Below are positions 1-9,931 of a stretch of DNA of 64,000 nt, piece by piece. The notes beneath the pieces were generated by a model, which was not told where the DNA came from, did no database searches, and saw nothing but the letters and a program-made list of their open reading frames with translations. The DNA is from a bacterium. GTDB lineage: Bacteria; Patescibacteriota; Minisyncoccia; UBA6257; 02-FULL-45-10c. The position numbers and the translations under genes were made by a program. The stretch spans positions 794 through 64,793 of the forward strand of contig JAJYMK010000001.1 in the NCBI GenBank assembly GCA_021786945.1, read 5' to 3'. Each line of letters starts with the position of its first letter. Positions within the stretch are counted from its first letter, which is position 1.

Positions 1-878
1 ACAAAGTAATCATCCATCCATTTCCTATAAGATGCAATAACTGGTTTTCCGCAGGCCATGGCATCTAAGATAGTCATTTGTCCACTACAATCAGAACCGT
101 CAAAATAAAAATCTTCATTTCTAGACGGAACAATTACTAACCTAGCGCCTTGATATAATTTACGAATAGTTAAATAATCCAAATTATAAAAAATCTCTAT
201 ATTTTTAGGCAAGTCAATAATATTGTTTATATTCCTTTTAGAGCAAACAATTTTTACCTTGATATCGCTTCCCTTAAAAGCTTCTATTAATGTTTTGTAA
301 TCTCTTCCGTTATCTCTACCCACGCTTAAAATATAATCACCATTTTCATGTGTTGGATAAAAAAAATTTTTATCCGTTCCAAAACAAACAACCGATAATT
401 TATTTTCTGGTATACCGATAGATATTAAAAATTTTTTTTGCCAAGTAGATAAACAAATAATTTTATAAGAAAACTTATTTAAAATCCAAGAAATAAATTT
501 TTGTTTACCCCTACTAGATCTTTTTAATAAATTTGTTAGATGTATATTAAAAACAATCCATTTATTATTAGGCCGACCAAACAAACCCTTAAAAAACAAA
601 AGGTTGAGAGCAACCGAAGAAAATATGTAATCGTATTTAAAAATTTTAAAAAAATATAATAAAAAAACCTGATTAAATCCAAATAACTTTCTAAATATTT
701 GCTCAAATTTAAAAGAAAAATCATTGCTAATATCAGCCACATCAGCTTTAAAATTATTATTTTTAATATAATTAAATCCAAATAAAGCAGTATCCGGAAC
801 GATACCTCTTAAATATTCTTTAAAATAAGCTATTCTATTAGCGCCGGCATAGATAAAAACAATTTTCTTATTATTCAT
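1..878 (-). CDS. Glycosyltransferase family 1 (GT4), 5'-partial (gene continues beyond the window start). Start codon ATG at 878-876.
   Basis: I translated the minus frame from ATG at 878 by hand. It is open to position 1 and ends with ...SDCSGQMTILDAMACGKPVIASYRKWMDDYFV, the GT4 C-terminal nucleotide-sugar-binding motif (E..DAMA.G.PVIAS). The track ORF 536..781 is in a different, spurious frame. Partial ORFs are not listed by the track. Confidence 0.8.
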   Translation of the reverse strand, partial: MNNKKIVFIYAGANRIAYFKEYLRGIVPDTALFGFNYIKNNNFKADVADISNDFSFKFEQIFRKLFGFNQVFLLYFFKIFKYDYIFSSVALNLLFFKGLFGRPNNKWIVFNIHLTNLLKRSSRGKQKFISWILNKFSYKIICLSTWQKKFLISIGIPENKLSVVCFGTDKNFFYPTHENGDYILSVGRDNGRDYKTLIEAFKGSDIKVKIVCSKRNINNIIDLPKNIEIFYNLDYLTIRKLYQGARLVIVPSRNEDFYFDGSDCSGQMTILDAMACGKPVIASYRKWMDDYF

Positions 879-987
879 AGTTTAATATTTCAAATATTTT
901 TTAAGTTGTTTTTTATTAAAAAAATAACTTAAAAAATAAAGCATTTAGGCTGTGATTTTTTAATAACAAAATCTCTTAATTTATTTT

Positions 988-1626
988 TTAATTCTTACAA
1001 GACAAAACCTTTACATCGATATATTTATCCTTTTTAAAATAAATTATTTGGCAAGAATTAAAAAATTTATCATATAAACTATTCGGCATTGCCTTGGGAA
1101 TATCTATATATAAAACATTACCAACAAAGTTTTTAAAAATCGACTCGTAACTATTTTCAAAGCCCGGAACGGCATAAATCCTTCTTTCATATTTTCCCAA
1201 CTGTCTTATTTCGTTTCCACCATTATCGTTATAAACCATAACTTTTTTAATATCAGGATTGTTTCTTATAAATTCTACGGAATTTCTTATAAGCTCAGAC
1301 GTTGACCCGTTTATCTTTCCAAATAAATATTCTTCAATAAAAACTCCATTATAAAAAATTCCAACAACCAATAAAGAAATCACACAAGATTTAATTAATT
1401 TTTTATTAAACAAAGATAAACCCATAAAAATAAAACTCAATAACCAATTTAAGCTTATAAATAACCAAGACACGTAAAAACCCAACGGCCCAGATCCCCC
1501 AAAAAACGGAAAAAGAAAATTCCACCTCAAACTAAATACCCGCCCCATCCATTCTTCTTTTGGATAAAGCGGGGGAACAAAATGAGGCAAAAATTGAAAC
1601 GCAAAAAATAGCATACTTAAAATCAA
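988..1626 (-). CDS. Membrane-anchored protein with a soluble C-terminal domain. Probably the C-terminal part of the upstream GT-C transferase (split or translationally coupled, ATGA overlap).
   Basis: 212 aa. N-terminal hydrophobic helices, then a hydrophilic domain. 4-nt overlap (ATGA) with 1623..2666 on the same strand. The combined length of about 559 aa matches PMT/ArnT-type GT-C enzymes. Confidence 0.45.
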   Translation of the reverse strand: MILSMLFFAFQFLPHFVPPLYPKEEWMGRVFSLRWNFLFPFFGGSGPLGFYVSWLFISLNWLLSFIFMGLSLFNKKLIKSCVISLLVVGIFYNGVFIEEYLFGKINGSTSELIRNSVEFIRNNPDIKKVMVYNDNGGNEIRQLGKYERRIYAVPGFENSYESIFKNFVGNVLYIDIPKAMPNSLYDKFFNSCQIIYFKKDKYIDVKVLSCKN

Positions 1627-2666
1627 AACAATGAAAACATTTTTTTATTTACCGGCTCTTTATTTTGATAAAAAATATCAGAAATAACCACACCAGAGAT
1701 TATACAAAGCGGCAATATTAAAAATTGAAAATATCTATCCAATGCGCCAGTAGAAAAATCAAATAAAACGAGATAAAATATTAAGCCCCCGACTATAAAC
1801 AACCAAAAAATTCTCAACTTTTCAGCGATTTCTCTACTCATCCAAAATATAGGTAATAAAAGCAACGGCGAAATATAGATTAATGCTTTAAAAAACTGTA
1901 TAAAGATTTGTAAGTAATTTCTATTGGAAAAAACAATAAAATGAATCCAATAAGAGAAAGACTTTGTTAGATTAAAATACGGAAAAATAAATCTAGACCC
2001 AATTAATACTATTACTAGAAAAATCGACAATCCTCCAACTCCAAAAAAAATATATTTAAATAGCCTTCTTCTTTTCTCTATTGATCTGCTTTGTGAATAA
2101 AAAAAATCAAATACTATAGTACCAATCGCTATAATAAAACTCAGCTTTACCAAAAAACCCAAAATAATTGATAATAAAAAAGCCGCAAACCAAAGGATTT
2201 TATATTTAAATAAAACTGATTCACGCCAGTTAATATAAAAGATTACGGACAATAAGAAAAAGAATGGCAAAATTTGACCGTCGGTGTCAACCATTAATGA
2301 AGCGATTACAGAAAATCCGGAAATTGCATATAAAAAAGAACTTATAAGCGCCGATCTGTCATTAAATATTTTTTTTACTAAATAAAATAATAAAAATAAA
2401 TTGAAAATAGAAAATAAAAAAGGGGTGTATCTAAAATTTTCATATCCAAAAATTTTAGCAGTGTGGGAATAAATAAACTCACTAAGTGGCGGATGAGGTA
2501 TGCTTCCCGGCACGGTAAGCTCCGGATTCATTAATATAGGCCACTTATACTCATCTTGATAGTAGGAAATATGCAAACCCGGAATTCTGATGACAATTAA
2601 TAAAATCAGAATTAGGCCAAATAATAAATTTTTATTCTTTAAAATATTATTCATTTTTTTTGGCAA
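1623..2666 (-). CDS. GT-C fold glycosyltransferase (PMT/ArnT-like, polyprenol-phosphate-sugar dependent), membrane domain.
   Basis: 347 aa. About 9-10 predicted TM helices. A DE motif in the first extracytoplasmic loop (SYYQDEYKWP), as in GT39/GT83 enzymes. Adjacent to a DPM1-like GT2. Confidence 0.6.
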   Translation of the reverse strand: MPKKMNNILKNKNLLFGLILILLIVIRIPGLHISYYQDEYKWPILMNPELTVPGSIPHPPLSEFIYSHTAKIFGYENFRYTPFLFSIFNLFLLFYLVKKIFNDRSALISSFLYAISGFSVIASLMVDTDGQILPFFFLLSVIFYINWRESVLFKYKILWFAAFLLSIILGFLVKLSFIIAIGTIVFDFFYSQSRSIEKRRRLFKYIFFGVGGLSIFLVIVLIGSRFIFPYFNLTKSFSYWIHFIVFSNRNYLQIFIQFFKALIYISPLLLLPIFWMSREIAEKLRIFWLFIVGGLIFYLVLFDFSTGALDRYFQFLILPLCIISGVVISDIFYQNKEPVNKKMFSLF

Positions 2667-3288
2667 TTATTAACATTTGTCCGGCAAAAGGCTTAAATGG
2701 CGAACCGATATACATTCTTACCATAAACGGTAAAATGGGCAAAAACGATGGCCTAGAATTCATAGAAAATGGCAAAAATTTTGGCATTTCATGTATTATT
2801 TTAAAATTATAATTTAACAACGTTTCTTTTAAAGATACATCATCAAATATTTTTTTATGAGTATGATCATCAAAATATTTTTTTGCCGAATAGCGATAAT
2901 TTGGCTGTATTAAAATCAAAACACCATCATTCTTTAGAACTCTTCTTATTTCATTTAAAGTCTTTATAATTTCTTGATCAGTAAAATGCTCCAATAAATT
3001 ACTAGCATGAACTACATCAATTGATTCGTTTTTTATTAAACCAAGATTCCACGCTGGAGCATTTATCATTTCAACATCTTTTGCGGCGTACTTTGGTAAT
3101 TCCGGAGAAATATCAACGGCGTATTTTTTACTGGCCTTAAAATTATTTATAAAATTACAATATCCAGCACCCAAATCTACAACGGATGATTTATTCGTAA
3201 TAAACTTATTTAAATAATTGACTATTTCTTTCCATACAATATTTCTGGATGAATCAAAAATATATCTTGATTGATAATATGAATCCAT
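2647..3288 (-). CDS. Class I SAM-dependent methyltransferase
   Basis: SAM-binding motif I VVDLGAGYCNF (cf. VLDLGCGxG) and motif post-I. 213 aa. Confidence 0.7.
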   Translation of the reverse strand: MDSYYQSRYIFDSSRNIVWKEIVNYLNKFITNKSSVVDLGAGYCNFINNFKASKKYAVDISPELPKYAAKDVEMINAPAWNLGLIKNESIDVVHASNLLEHFTDQEIIKTLNEIRRVLKNDGVLILIQPNYRYSAKKYFDDHTHKKIFDDVSLKETLLNYNFKIIHEMPKFLPFSMNSRPSFLPILPFMVRMYIGSPFKPFAGQMLIIAKKNE

Positions 3289-3291
3289 AAA

Positions 3292-4005
3292 TTAAATCTC
3301 AATGAAACGATACTTTATTATTAAAAAAATCATCTTAAATCCCAGTTTAGCAGCCTTAAAAATATTACCAGTATACATCGACTGACCGATGCGAGGTTTA
3401 AATATAATCGGAATTTCAATTGGGTTAAGACCACACCTTATCAACCAAATCATTAATTCTGGTGAAAAAGTTCCACTCCCATTAGACAATTTAAATAATG
3501 GTTTAATTTTTTCTAGGGCCGAATGAGAAACTAATTTATATGTACAACCGACATCCGTAAGACTGGGTCCATTATGTAAAACTTCTAGAAATTTTGCTAC
3601 AGCCCAATTCCCGAACCTTACCGGAAAAGGCATAAAAGCTCCGGACCAAATCGCCGCTCGAGAAGTTCTGGTGCCAAAAACAACTTCAAAGTTATTACTA
3701 TAATCCAAAAATTTAATTAGATCATTAGGATCAAAAGTTCCATCAGCTTCAGCTATAATAATTAGATCTCCAGTAGATTCTTTTAAGCCCCTCATAATAG
3801 AATACCCATAACCTTGGTTCGGCTCTTTAATATGTCTAGCTTTAGTTTTTTCGATTTCTTCAGAAGTTTTACCCAAAGCATTGTTATTAATAGCTAAAAC
3901 CTCATCTACAAATCCAGTATTAAAAAAACCATTTATTATAGTAGCTATACTATTTTCTTCATTATAAGTAGGCAAAACAATGCTTACTTTTTTATTTTGA
4001 TACAT
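3292..4005 (-). CDS. GT2 glycosyltransferase, dolichyl/polyprenyl-phosphate mannose (or glucose) synthase-like (DPM1/GtrB-like).
   Basis: N-terminal VSIVLPTYNEENSI (GT2 signature), DxD-like IIAEADG. 237 aa is the typical size of DPM1-like enzymes. Confidence 0.8.
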   Translation of the reverse strand: MYQNKKVSIVLPTYNEENSIATIINGFFNTGFVDEVLAINNNALGKTSEEIEKTKARHIKEPNQGYGYSIMRGLKESTGDLIIIAEADGTFDPNDLIKFLDYSNNFEVVFGTRTSRAAIWSGAFMPFPVRFGNWAVAKFLEVLHNGPSLTDVGCTYKLVSHSALEKIKPLFKLSNGSGTFSPELMIWLIRCGLNPIEIPIIFKPRIGQSMYTGNIFKAAKLGFKMIFLIIKYRFIEI

Positions 4006-4043
4006 AAATTTATAGATATAATAACACTTCGAAAAAAGAAAAT

Positions 4044-5099
4044 CTATTTGAACAAATTCTTAACTAATTTATTCAAGCTATGCTTATTTATAACAATGTC
4101 TCTAAGCTTCTTATTAGGCACCTCTCTCTCTTTTATATTTAGAGATAATATATTTTTTAATTGAAAAGCTATGTTTTTATCACTTTCTCTTTCCAAAACA
4201 AATTCTTTATCAATTTCATCATTTAGACTTTTATTAGCAACCAAAACCAAAGACTCACAAGCCATGGCTTCAAATATGGTTTTATCCATACTCCCGCTAG
4301 GGGTTAAATTAACATAAAGTTCGTATTTATTATACAAATCAACAGCTTCTTCGTGTTTAACAGAACCAATAAACTCAACTTTATTTTCTAAATTATATTC
4401 TTTAACTTTTAATTTTAGGCCCTCATAATATCCAATATCTTTAGGAAGCGGATCGCCAACAATGAGAGCTTTAAAAGTTATACCATCTTTATCTAATAAA
4501 TTTAAAGCTTTAATAAACAAATCCGGCTTTTTTATCGGAGAAATTCTGCCTAAAAATAAAATAGAATTTGGTGTTTTCTTGATTTCCGGCTTCCTTCTAA
4601 AAAAATCTGTATCTATACCTACTGGCATAATCTCGGTTTTCTTAAATCTTGCCGTATAAGAATATTTTGAAGTGCAAAAAACTCTATCGGAAACCCAAAC
4701 CGCAAAATTAGTCAAAAAAGATCCGTAGGGATGGTTTCTCCATAACATTATTTTTTTACCTAATAATTTCCATAATTTCCAACCCAAAAGCGCATACTCC
4801 TGATTCATATGCACAAAAACGGCATCATAATTTTTCCTTTCCTGCCAAATATATTTATAGAATCTATATACAAATAAAAACTTGCTAAAAATATGCGAAT
4901 AATACGAATGGCTACGAATATATTCTTCTTTACCAAGAGACAAAACCGTAACATTGGATGGCAAACTATATTCCCCCTTTTCTAAGCAAACAACCGTCAC
5001 TTTTTCGCAGTTTTTAGAAAACTCTTCCGTCCACCTATGAAAGAAGCCAAGAATTGGATCGTTTATGTCTATTTTCTGCGTTACTATTAATAATTTCAT
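4044..5099 (-). CDS. GT4 glycosyltransferase
   Basis: C-terminal FEAMACESLVLVANKS motif (E..EAMA....V). 351 aa. Confidence 0.75.
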   Translation of the reverse strand: MKLLIVTQKIDINDPILGFFHRWTEEFSKNCEKVTVVCLEKGEYSLPSNVTVLSLGKEEYIRSHSYYSHIFSKFLFVYRFYKYIWQERKNYDAVFVHMNQEYALLGWKLWKLLGKKIMLWRNHPYGSFLTNFAVWVSDRVFCTSKYSYTARFKKTEIMPVGIDTDFFRRKPEIKKTPNSILFLGRISPIKKPDLFIKALNLLDKDGITFKALIVGDPLPKDIGYYEGLKLKVKEYNLENKVEFIGSVKHEEAVDLYNKYELYVNLTPSGSMDKTIFEAMACESLVLVANKSLNDEIDKEFVLERESDKNIAFQLKNILSLNIKEREVPNKKLRDIVINKHSLNKLVKNLFK

Positions 5100-5147
5100 G
5101 TATATGATACTAATCTACAAATTTTATAAGAGTGCTACGAATAAAAA

Positions 5148-6011
5148 TTATCTTAATTTAATCTTTTTGCCGTAAACACCCATTAATAAATCTAAATCTT
5201 TTTTGGATTTTATCAATAATTCAATATTTTTCCGTTCAATAGCCGAAAGAACCGTAATTCCGGCTTTGTCTTTTTTCATTTCTTTTTTATAAAGCCTGGT
5301 TAAAGCAGCAAAATCTTTTATAAAGCAATGCCCTCCACCCCCGCGGCCATTTTTATGAACCGGATTTACATGCATTGGGCCAATCCATGGATCCACAACT
5401 ATTAAATCGCCTAAAACTTTCCAATCTGCACCTATTTTTTGAGATAAATCATACAAAATATTCATAAAAACAACTTTTGAATAAAAGAAACAATTTCGGG
5501 CATATTTAAAAAGCTCGGCTTCCCTAGCCATGCAAATTTTCTCGGAATTACTCTTTGGTAAAATATCTAAAACCATTTTAGCTTTGGCGCGATAAATAGC
5601 ACTATTAATCGGAATGCCGATTATATTATGATGCGGGGACGCAACATCTTTAGCGGCAGTAGCCTCAGTTAAAAATTCCGGGGAATGCATAACAAAAATA
5701 TCCGGATTTTCTTTTTGTAATTTTTCTGTCGAACCGGGAATTATAGTTGATTTAATAACGGCAATCTTACCACTTCCAACTAATTTAATAACCTTTTTTA
5801 CAATACCCAAATTAAATCCCTTGGAAGTTGTTGGAGTTGGAACGGCAATAAAAACAATATCGCAATTTTTTATTTTTTCTTTGTTTCCAATATATGGCTC
5901 TTCCTGAGAGTAACGGACAACATTAAAACCCCTCCTTTCAAAGTCGTCAGCATAATTTTTGCCAATCCAACCCTGGCCAATAAAACCTATTTTTAAATTA
6001 TTTTTTATCAT
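5148..6011 (-). CDS. UDP-glucose/GDP-mannose dehydrogenase family protein, C-terminally truncated (lacks the UDP-sugar-binding domain).
   Basis: Rossmann GFIGQGWIG. SPEFLTEATAAKD matches NPEFLREGTAIKD of UGDH. Catalytic-Cys motif GGGGHCFIKDFAAL matches GGSCFPKD. The protein ends about 60 aa after the Cys motif (287 aa versus about 390-440 aa for UGDH). Confidence 0.65.
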   Translation of the reverse strand: MIKNNLKIGFIGQGWIGKNYADDFERRGFNVVRYSQEEPYIGNKEKIKNCDIVFIAVPTPTTSKGFNLGIVKKVIKLVGSGKIAVIKSTIIPGSTEKLQKENPDIFVMHSPEFLTEATAAKDVASPHHNIIGIPINSAIYRAKAKMVLDILPKSNSEKICMAREAELFKYARNCFFYSKVVFMNILYDLSQKIGADWKVLGDLIVVDPWIGPMHVNPVHKNGRGGGGHCFIKDFAALTRLYKKEMKKDKAGITVLSAIERKNIELLIKSKKDLDLLMGVYGKKIKLR

Positions 6012-6012
6012 T

Positions 6013-7125
6013 TTAAATAATTTGTTTATATAACTTCAAATACCTTTCCTTGGTCATTAAATTTTCAGATACTTTAATACTATTTTTACTAAAATAGACC
6101 AATTCCTCTGTATTGGACATCAAAAAATCGACCTCCCTGATCATCGCAGATTCATCTCCCACAGGAACAACGATTCCGTTTTCTTTGTTTTTTAAAACCT
6201 CCCCAGCCAAACCAACGTCTGTCGTGACAACCGGCAATCCCGCCGCCATAGCCTCAATGACCGTTCTACCATAGCCCTCATAATTTGAAGTTAATAAAAA
6301 TAAATCAGCTGTTTTGTAATAAGATACCAAATCATCGGACCAGCCCTCAAAAACAACACTATTATTAATTTTTAAGCGTAAAACTAAATATTTAAGTCTA
6401 GCCTCCTCAGAACCAGAACCAACTATTATCAATCCAAGCTTTGGATGCTTCTTAACTAATTCCGACATCGCTTCTATAGCTAAGCCAATATTTTTTTCCT
6501 TTGTAATTCGCGAAGACATTAAAATTATAAAATTGAATTGCGGATACTTCTTATGAAGATCTGTTTTAATTGGGGCTGTTTTAATCACTTCAACATCTAC
6601 AAAAATAGGAAGCACTATAATTCTATTTAAAATTGAAGGTTTAAAATTAGAAATTAATGAGTGCTTGATTCGTTCCGAAACTACCCGAATTTTATCAGCG
6701 CGAGGAATTATAAATTTAGCCAACGAAACCCTAAATTTATTTAAAAAGGACTCTTGCCAAAAATATGGACTCAAAAAATCCGTATGGATCTGAATTTGAA
6801 GCGATAAATTATATATTTTTTTAAGCATCCACCCTGCTAAGCCCGCCTCGAAAGGATCTTGAGAAGAAATAACAATGTCTTTATTTAAAATTATTGATTT
6901 TGAAATTTTATATATACCCCAAAGATAAAATAATTTACAAAAATGATTCGTAGGATATACAAAAATATTTTCCCCTATTTTTGTCTTTTGATTTTTTAAT
7001 TTTTTACCGGAAAAAACTATTACATGGATTTCTTGAAATAATTTTCCATAATCCAAATATCGGTTCCATACGTCGGAACCCTCTTTAAACAAATTTCTAT
7101 CAGAGCCAATAACTAATAATTTCAT
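6013..7125 (-). CDS. GT4 glycosyltransferase
   Basis: EGYGRTVIEAMAAGLPVVTTDVGLAGEV motif. 370 aa. Confidence 0.8.
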   Translation of the reverse strand: MKLLVIGSDRNLFKEGSDVWNRYLDYGKLFQEIHVIVFSGKKLKNQKTKIGENIFVYPTNHFCKLFYLWGIYKISKSIILNKDIVISSQDPFEAGLAGWMLKKIYNLSLQIQIHTDFLSPYFWQESFLNKFRVSLAKFIIPRADKIRVVSERIKHSLISNFKPSILNRIIVLPIFVDVEVIKTAPIKTDLHKKYPQFNFIILMSSRITKEKNIGLAIEAMSELVKKHPKLGLIIVGSGSEEARLKYLVLRLKINNSVVFEGWSDDLVSYYKTADLFLLTSNYEGYGRTVIEAMAAGLPVVTTDVGLAGEVLKNKENGIVVPVGDESAMIREVDFLMSNTEELVYFSKNSIKVSENLMTKERYLKLYKQII

Positions 7126-7131
7126 AAAAAA

Positions 7132-8220
7132 TTATATTGACTTTAACAATTCAGATAGGCGATTCAGCATAGTTTCAAGTGAAAATCTAGCTAATTCTTT
7201 GTGGGAATTTTCTATAAATTTGCTCTGTAGTTGCTCATTTTTAACAACTTTCAAAATAGCGTCTCTCAACTGGTTTTTATTATTATATTCAACCAATAAG
7301 CCATTATAGTCATTTTTAATCAATTCGGGGTTGCCTCCAATATTTGTGGTAACTACAGGCGCGCTATTCTGCATAGATTCTAAAATAATATGAGAAAGTC
7401 CCTCGTACGATGTATTCAATGCAAATACTTTGGCTAAACCAAAATATTTATGCATTTGTTCATGATTTAAACCACCCAACAAAACAACTTTATTATCTAA
7501 TTTAAGGTTTGAAATTAAAGATTTAAGATTATTTTCTTCCGGACCAACCCCGGCAATAAAAAGTTTGAAATCGTCAGGCAATTCCCGCATAACTTCAATC
7601 AATAAATCAAAACCTTTCCAAGGCACCAATCTTCCCGCGGAAAAAATAATATTATCTTTTTTAATATTTGGTTTAGAAATATCACCTTCCAAAGAATTAT
7701 AAATTACCGTGATTTTTTCTTCGGATACACCCCATTTTTTGACAATGCCTTTCAAATACTCACTAGGCACAACAATTTTATCAGCTTTATCCGCAACCCA
7801 TCTTTCAATACATCTCCTTAATTCAGTTATAAATGAATATTCTTGAGACTGAAAAACCTCGAGAGTTACCAATTCAGAACTAAAACTTTTAATCTGTAGT
7901 TGCTCCCAAGCATAATCACCCACAATCTTAAGTAAAAACTTCTTGTTCAAAAATCTAGCAACCAAAGCCGCTGGCAAACCAACGCTTACAGGATCTTGAG
8001 CATAAAGCATATCCACGCCAAAAGATCTTTTTAAAACCTTAAAAAAATAAACAATATGCCTTATTCCTCTAGGCCATCTCCTGACGTCGCCGAAGCTCAA
8101 AACTTCAACTTCAAAGCCACGCTTTGGAAGCTCATCTTTTAATAATTTGCTATATGTAGCTGGACCCCCGATATCCGGAGGATAAATGCCGGTACAAATC
8201 AATATACGAAGAGAAGACAT
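7132..8220 (-). CDS. GT4 glycosyltransferase
   Basis: EGLSHIILESMQNSAPVVTTNIGGNPELI motif. 362 aa. Confidence 0.8.
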   Translation of the reverse strand: MSSLRILICTGIYPPDIGGPATYSKLLKDELPKRGFEVEVLSFGDVRRWPRGIRHIVYFFKVLKRSFGVDMLYAQDPVSVGLPAALVARFLNKKFLLKIVGDYAWEQLQIKSFSSELVTLEVFQSQEYSFITELRRCIERWVADKADKIVVPSEYLKGIVKKWGVSEEKITVIYNSLEGDISKPNIKKDNIIFSAGRLVPWKGFDLLIEVMRELPDDFKLFIAGVGPEENNLKSLISNLKLDNKVVLLGGLNHEQMHKYFGLAKVFALNTSYEGLSHIILESMQNSAPVVTTNIGGNPELIKNDYNGLLVEYNNKNQLRDAILKVVKNEQLQSKFIENSHKELARFSLETMLNRLSELLKSI

Positions 8221-8303
8221 AATTTAAAATTTAATATTTAAGATTTAAGAATGATTTAATGATTTAATGATTTAAGGATTTAATAATTTAATGATTAAAA
8301 GAG

Positions 8304-8684
8304 CTATTTTTTAAAATCAGAATGTCGTAATAAGAATTTTCTAAAGTTAGATAATTTTATAGAGATATTTTCTAAATTATTATATAGCTCATCAAATTGC
8401 TTTTTATCTATATACTTATTATCCAGCAAAATATACAAAATACAACGCACTTCTCCGGCCGAACCCTTTGATATATTAATGAAATTAGCAAATTCTTTAT
8501 TAGAGCTCCTCTCAAAACCCTCGGCTATATTCAGCATTATTGAATAAGCCGATCTTTTTAATTGATCCGTCAGAGAAAAATCCTTTCGCAATTTCGCACT
8601 ACTCTCTATTAATTTATAAATTTTGTTTACTAGCACTCTTGATTCCATCCATATAGGTAAATCTTCAAATTTAGAAATATTCAT
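8304..8684 (-). CDS. Four-helix-bundle protein (23S rRNA intervening-sequence protein family).
   Basis: MLNIAEGFERSSNKEFANFINISKGSAGEV matches the NIAEG..R....F..FL.IA.GS..E signature of the TIGR02436-type four-helix-bundle family. 126 aa. Confidence 0.75.
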   Translation of the reverse strand: MNISKFEDLPIWMESRVLVNKIYKLIESSAKLRKDFSLTDQLKRSAYSIMLNIAEGFERSSNKEFANFINISKGSAGEVRCILYILLDNKYIDKKQFDELYNNLENISIKLSNFRKFLLRHSDFKK

Positions 8685-8729
8685 GAGAAAAATATTTAAT
8701 ATTTAAGATTAAAAAATAAAATTAAGGGT

Positions 8730-9869
8730 TTATAAACTATAAATTCGTTCTGTTTCGGAGACCATTTTTTCTAAGCTGAATTTATCTTTTACAATTTCCT
8801 TAGCTTTTCGGGAAAGCTCTTTGGCTATTTCTTTATTTTCTATTAATCCACCGATAGCTCGTGCTAAAGCTTCAGGATTTTTCTGGGAAACCATAAGTCC
8901 ATTTTCGTGGTTTTTAATCATTTCCGGTATACCCCCGGCTTCAGTTACCACAATAGGAAGCTCTGCGGCCATAGCTTCCAAAAGAATATAAGGAAGACCC
9001 TCCTTAATCGAGGACATAGCAAAAACATCGAAAGCTTTTAGATATTGGGCGTCGTTGCCGCTCGGAGAAATAATAAAGAATCGGTCAGATAATTTAAGCT
9101 TTAAAATTAAAGATTTAAGATTACTTAATTCTAGGCCGTCGCCAATTATAAAAAAGTATGTGTTTTTTACAAATTTTGCCGCCCCTATAAATGTTTCGTA
9201 ATTTTTTTCTTTGACCAATCTGCCTACCGACCCAACCCACTGATATTTCTCTTCTAATTTTGAAACTTGTGGTGAGTTTACCGAACCATCATTAAATATT
9301 TTAATCATTAAATCTTGTCTTGATTCTTTTTTTGATAAAAACTTCATATCCGCATTTATTCCGTTATGTATAGTGGAAAGTTTTTCTTCTGGGCAAATAT
9401 CATATTCAAGCGCTAAGTTGTAGTCGTATTCGGACACGCAAATTATTTTATCCTGAAATTTTGCCGCAAATTTATGCAATAAAACATAAAACTGACGGAC
9501 AAACTTGCTAATTTCGTTTGTCGGATTAAATACCCAACCATGCGCAGTAAATACCACCCTTATTTTTTTATTAAAATTTTTATTGTATATAGCAGCGGCA
9601 AGAGATCCTAAAACTCCGGCCTTAGAACTATTCAAATGTATAATATCCGGATTTTCTTTCTTGAAAACATTTACCAATTCAAATATAGCCATCCAGTCAT
9701 TGAAAAACAAAAACCACGGATAGGTTTTATTTGAAAGCCATCTCACCTCCCTATCTCCATATAAAACTCGGGAATCGAATTTATTTTTATCCAAATTATC
9801 CGCTAAATCTTTAACGTACTTCTGCGCCCCGCCTATGCCTGATTTAGTTAAAATATAAAGAATCTTCAT
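8730..9869 (-). CDS. GT4 glycosyltransferase
   Basis: EGLPYILLEAMAAELPIVVTEAGGIPEMI. 379 aa. Confidence 0.8.
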   Translation of the reverse strand: MKILYILTKSGIGGAQKYVKDLADNLDKNKFDSRVLYGDREVRWLSNKTYPWFLFFNDWMAIFELVNVFKKENPDIIHLNSSKAGVLGSLAAAIYNKNFNKKIRVVFTAHGWVFNPTNEISKFVRQFYVLLHKFAAKFQDKIICVSEYDYNLALEYDICPEEKLSTIHNGINADMKFLSKKESRQDLMIKIFNDGSVNSPQVSKLEEKYQWVGSVGRLVKEKNYETFIGAAKFVKNTYFFIIGDGLELSNLKSLILKLKLSDRFFIISPSGNDAQYLKAFDVFAMSSIKEGLPYILLEAMAAELPIVVTEAGGIPEMIKNHENGLMVSQKNPEALARAIGGLIENKEIAKELSRKAKEIVKDKFSLEKMVSETERIYSL

Positions 9870-9931
9870 AATACAAATAAAATACTAATATTATACGGAT
9901 TTTACGAATAACTACGAATATTAATTAAGAA

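Noticed and set aside
536-781. Track ORF (81 aa, minus) at the left edge.
   Set aside because: It is in a different frame from the long open GT4 reading frame that runs from ATG 878 through position 1 (hand-translated; ends in the GT4 EAMA-type motif). The 81-aa peptide is low-complexity Ile/Leu/Phe typical of AT-rich antisense frames.
5128-5142. AGAGTGCTAcgaat resembles a CIRCE right half-site.
   Set aside because: Only an 8-nt match with no left half at N9 distance. More simply explained as one copy of the TACGAAT heptamer.
8250-8300. Tandem GATTTAATG units. Checked as a possible CRISPR array.
   Set aside because: Repeat unit is 9 nt with no spacers. It is an AT-rich microsatellite, not a CRISPR. 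No cas genes in the window.
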